Shown: positions 61,793 to 64,000 of the stretch, in pieces
Position numbering within the stretch: position 1 is the first letter of the stretch
Layout of the letters: every line of letters starts with the position of its first letter
Assembly: GCA_021821085.1 (NCBI GenBank)
Contig: JAKACV010000004.1
Span: 27,543-91,542 of the forward strand
Length of the DNA stretch: 64,000 bases
Direction: 5' to 3'
DNA from: Bacillota bacterium
GTDB lineage: Bacteria; Bacillota; Bacilli; Alicyclobacillales; SLC66
The notes under the pieces: model-generated
Seen by the model: the letters and a program-made list of their open reading frames with translations, nothing else
Database searches by the model: none
What the model was told of the DNA's origin: nothing
Program-made: the position numbers and the translations under genes

Positions 61793-63136
61793 CTATAAAG
61801 CTGAATTTCCAGAAAGATACCCATCCGCTTGCTTCTGAAGTTGCGATAGCGCTGTGGAGACTGAAGTTTTACCTGTAACCGCATTATAAAAGGCAGCATC
61901 TAATGCAGACTGAACTTCCTTATAATTATCCGACACCGGGCGTGAGATGGTGTACTTCGACTGTAAGATTTGCGTCGCGACCTTGATCCCCGTATATTTT
62001 GATAGGTAAGTTGACATAAGTGGCAATGCCTGCTTACTCTCCGGCGGATACCCCGATTCCATTGCCCACTTTGCTTGTACTTGTGGAGTGAACCACCATC
62101 TTAAAAACGTCCCTGCAGCATGGTCTTGTACAGATGAATGACCGGTCATTAAAACAAACCCAAGTCCTTGCACCAAATTGACCGAATGTCCGGTTGAACC
62201 CTTGGGATAGGCAAAAACCCCCACCGGAAATTTCCCACCTGCAGCGCCGAGCGCCTTGAAATAACCCGCAGATGTACCATCGGCGATAGCCAGTTTACCC
62301 GATCCAAAATCCGCTCGAATTGTGCTACCATGAGCAAGGATCAACTCGCCGCTTTGATACAAATTGTGAAAATAGGTGAATGTCGTTTGTGCGGCCGGAC
62401 TGAGGAAATCTGCTTGTTGCGACTTGGTACCCGCTTTAAATAGTTGCCCGCCATTTGCTAAAAAAGGAGGCAAAATATGCGCGGAAGAGTCTTTCCAAGC
62501 TATCGGGATCACCCCGGGCAGTTTGGCCTTCAAAATCGCCGCATCGGTCGCCAACTGTGTCCACGTGGTTGGAGGATTCGAAATCCCTGCTTTCTCAAAA
62601 AGGTTTTTATTATAGATCAATTGAGATACCTTTGCATCAGCTTGAAGACGATAATGATTCCCATTCACTTCGCCATTTGACCAAATCGCTGGAAAAATCG
62701 CCTGTTGTTCAGCAGATGACATCTTGTTTAATATCCCGTTTAAGTTGACCAATGCGTGAGCAGATAAAAAGTTCCCATCATAATGACTGATTTCTGCCAT
62801 GGTTGGTGCATCCCCAGCCGCTAAGGCAGCAAGTGCTTTATGACTCGCTTTCGTTATCACTAGGTTGACCTTAATCGTAGGGTGACTTTGATTAAACTGA
62901 TTCACGAGATCTGCCATCGCTTTCCCCGGAGGGCCTCCAGCCAAATGAGATTCCCACAGTGAAATAGTTGTCACAGATGGCGTAGTCGCTGGTGATGTCC
63001 CTCCTGATGCGGCTGCATTTGCTTGCGTTCCACAACCAGTAATTCCAATCATCATAGTAAGTCCTAGAGTAATCGCGGTTGCTTTCGATTTGTTATCAAT
63101 GATGACCTTTTTTACCCTTGAAAGTGTACGTTTCAT
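61793..63136 (-). CDS. Carbohydrate ABC transporter substrate-binding lipoprotein (family 1)
   Basis: Lipobox MMIGITGCG. Start set at ATG 63136, 7 nt after AAGGGGGA. Confidence 0.8.
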   Translation of the reverse strand: MKRTLSRVKKVIIDNKSKATAITLGLTMMIGITGCGTQANAAASGGTSPATTPSVTTISLWESHLAGGPPGKAMADLVNQFNQSHPTIKVNLVITKASHKALAALAAGDAPTMAEISHYDGNFLSAHALVNLNGILNKMSSAEQQAIFPAIWSNGEVNGNHYRLQADAKVSQLIYNKNLFEKAGISNPPTTWTQLATDAAILKAKLPGVIPIAWKDSSAHILPPFLANGGQLFKAGTKSQQADFLSPAAQTTFTYFHNLYQSGELILAHGSTIRADFGSGKLAIADGTSAGYFKALGAAGGKFPVGVFAYPKGSTGHSVNLVQGLGFVLMTGHSSVQDHAAGTFLRWWFTPQVQAKWAMESGYPPESKQALPLMSTYLSKYTGIKVATQILQSKYTISRPVSDNYKEVQSALDAAFYNAVTGKTSVSTALSQLQKQADGYLSGNSAL

Positions 63137-63206
63137 CGTACAATCCCCCTTTATATTTAACAGTAAATAATTCATCGCATTCTAAAAATCCCATGCATCT
63201 TCCTAC

Positions 63207-64000
63207 TTACTCCTTGGCTCCACTGTCGCCACCTGCTACAGCCTGAATAATGTATCTCTGCGTAAAGATAAACATGATGATAATTGGTAATAACGCGAGT
63301 AATGCGGCCGATCCAAGGACTCGCCAATTCGATTCATACGTTTGGAGATAATGACTCAACGCCAATTCAATAGGTTGCAGTTTTTGATTTGTAAGCATAA
63401 TTAACGGCCATTGAAACTGGTTCCATGAAGCGATAAATGTCAATAAAGTGACGGTTGCCACCGCGGGCCTAGCCAGAGGCAAAGCAACTCTCCGAATATA
63501 AGTAAGTGTTCTCACCCCCTCAACGCGAGCAATATCCCGATAACTACTCGGTAACTTCTTGAAAAATTGCCTAAAAAGAAAGATGCCCGATGTATTTGCT
63601 GCGAAGGGCAAAATTAAGGCAGTATAGCTGTTCAACATATGCAGGTGGTATATGGTTACATATTGCGGAACAATTAAAGCTTGCTGCGGTAACATCATCA
63701 CACCTAATATCAAATAGAAGATCATTGAGTTCCCCATAAAAGGAATTTCAGCCAATGCATAACCGGCTAACGCACTTGTAATAATCACCAGAAAAATCGT
63801 AGCTGCCGTAATAAACACGGTATTGAGGAGGTAGCGCAACCAATGTGTATGCGTAATGACATACATAAGTGGTCCCCAATGCCACAATGGTATCCAGACC
63901 GGCGGTAAGCTGTATGCTGCCCCATGGTACCCAGTTGCAAGAACAAGCACCCAGTACACCGGTGCAATAAACCCAATCGCAACTAGCGCACGTATACTAT
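63207..64000 (-). CDS. Carbohydrate ABC transporter permease (MalG-like); the N-terminus lies beyond the right window edge
   Basis: The reading frame stays open upstream of the track's GVG start at 63959 (...SIRALVAIGFIAPVYWVLVL). EAA-type loop ARVEGVRTLTYIRRVALPLARP. Confidence 0.8.
   Translation of the reverse strand, partial: SIRALVAIGFIAPVYWVLVLATGYHGAAYSLPPVWIPLWHWGPLMYVITHTHWLRYLLNTVFITAATIFLVIITSALAGYALAEIPFMGNSMIFYLILGVMMLPQQALIVPQYVTIYHLHMLNSYTALILPFAANTSGIFLFRQFFKKLPSSYRDIARVEGVRTLTYIRRVALPLARPAVATVTLLTFIASWNQFQWPLIMLTNQKLQPIELALSHYLQTYESNWRVLGSAALLALLPIIIMFIFTQRYIIQAVAGGDSGAKE

Noticed and set aside
1-64000. A window-wide look for defence or mobile systems: CRISPR-Cas, restriction-modification, toxin-antitoxin pairs, retrons, integrases, transposases and phage genes.
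   Set aside because: None of the ORF translations shows the corresponding motifs. The only mobile DNA seen is the non-autonomous 157-bp element. I cannot exclude very small toxin ORFs below the 60-aa track cut-off.

Overview
This is a 64-kb chromosomal window from a Gram-positive, Firmicutes-type genome. Supporting signs are GGAGG-type ribosome-binding sites and Bacillus-like small proteins (YdjO, YwbE, PaiB, HisJ-type PHP phosphatase). Several traits resemble acidophilic Alicyclobacillaceae: sulfoquinovosyl-lipid genes sqdX/sqdB, a family-G1 glutamic peptidase, and a Pho84/Pht1-type phosphate:H+ symporter. That taxon assignment is inference only. I call about 60 protein genes, most on the minus strand. 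From left to right they are: tex (partial); sqdX-sqdB-gtrA; ArsR and an amino-acid permease; a decayed ClC channel gene; aspartate 4-decarboxylase; an operon of secreted tandem-repeat protein, OmpR/HK two-component system and a MacAB-type ABC exporter with an unusually long adaptor; a LacI-controlled oxidoreductase/TIM-barrel sugar operon; a sodium:solute symporter and a CoA-transferase; a group of secreted or lipoproteins (YVTN propeller, BNR/Ycf48-like lipoprotein, G1 peptidase, cyclophilin); an FMN-binding/ApbE/RnfD-like trio; an acyl-CoA ligase, thiolase and NMO operon; a PAS-GGDEF-EAL-PilZ gene behind a c-di-GMP-I riboswitch; zwf-gnd-cyclase; and two ABC uptake loci. I saw no rRNA, tRNA, CRISPR array, transposase, integrase, prophage or recognisable defence genes. 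The main non-coding results are: (1) a well-supported GEMM-I c-di-GMP riboswitch with a terminator; (2) three copies of a 157-bp MITE-like element with about 19-bp terminal inverted repeats and 5-bp target duplications, one inserted in frame in a gene remnant; (3) a 30-bp-arm palindrome in a divergent promoter region; (4) an orphan promoter-leader-terminator unit upstream of a small membrane-protein gene. All coordinates, repeat lengths and mismatch counts were derived by hand from the sequence. No database search or folding program was run.
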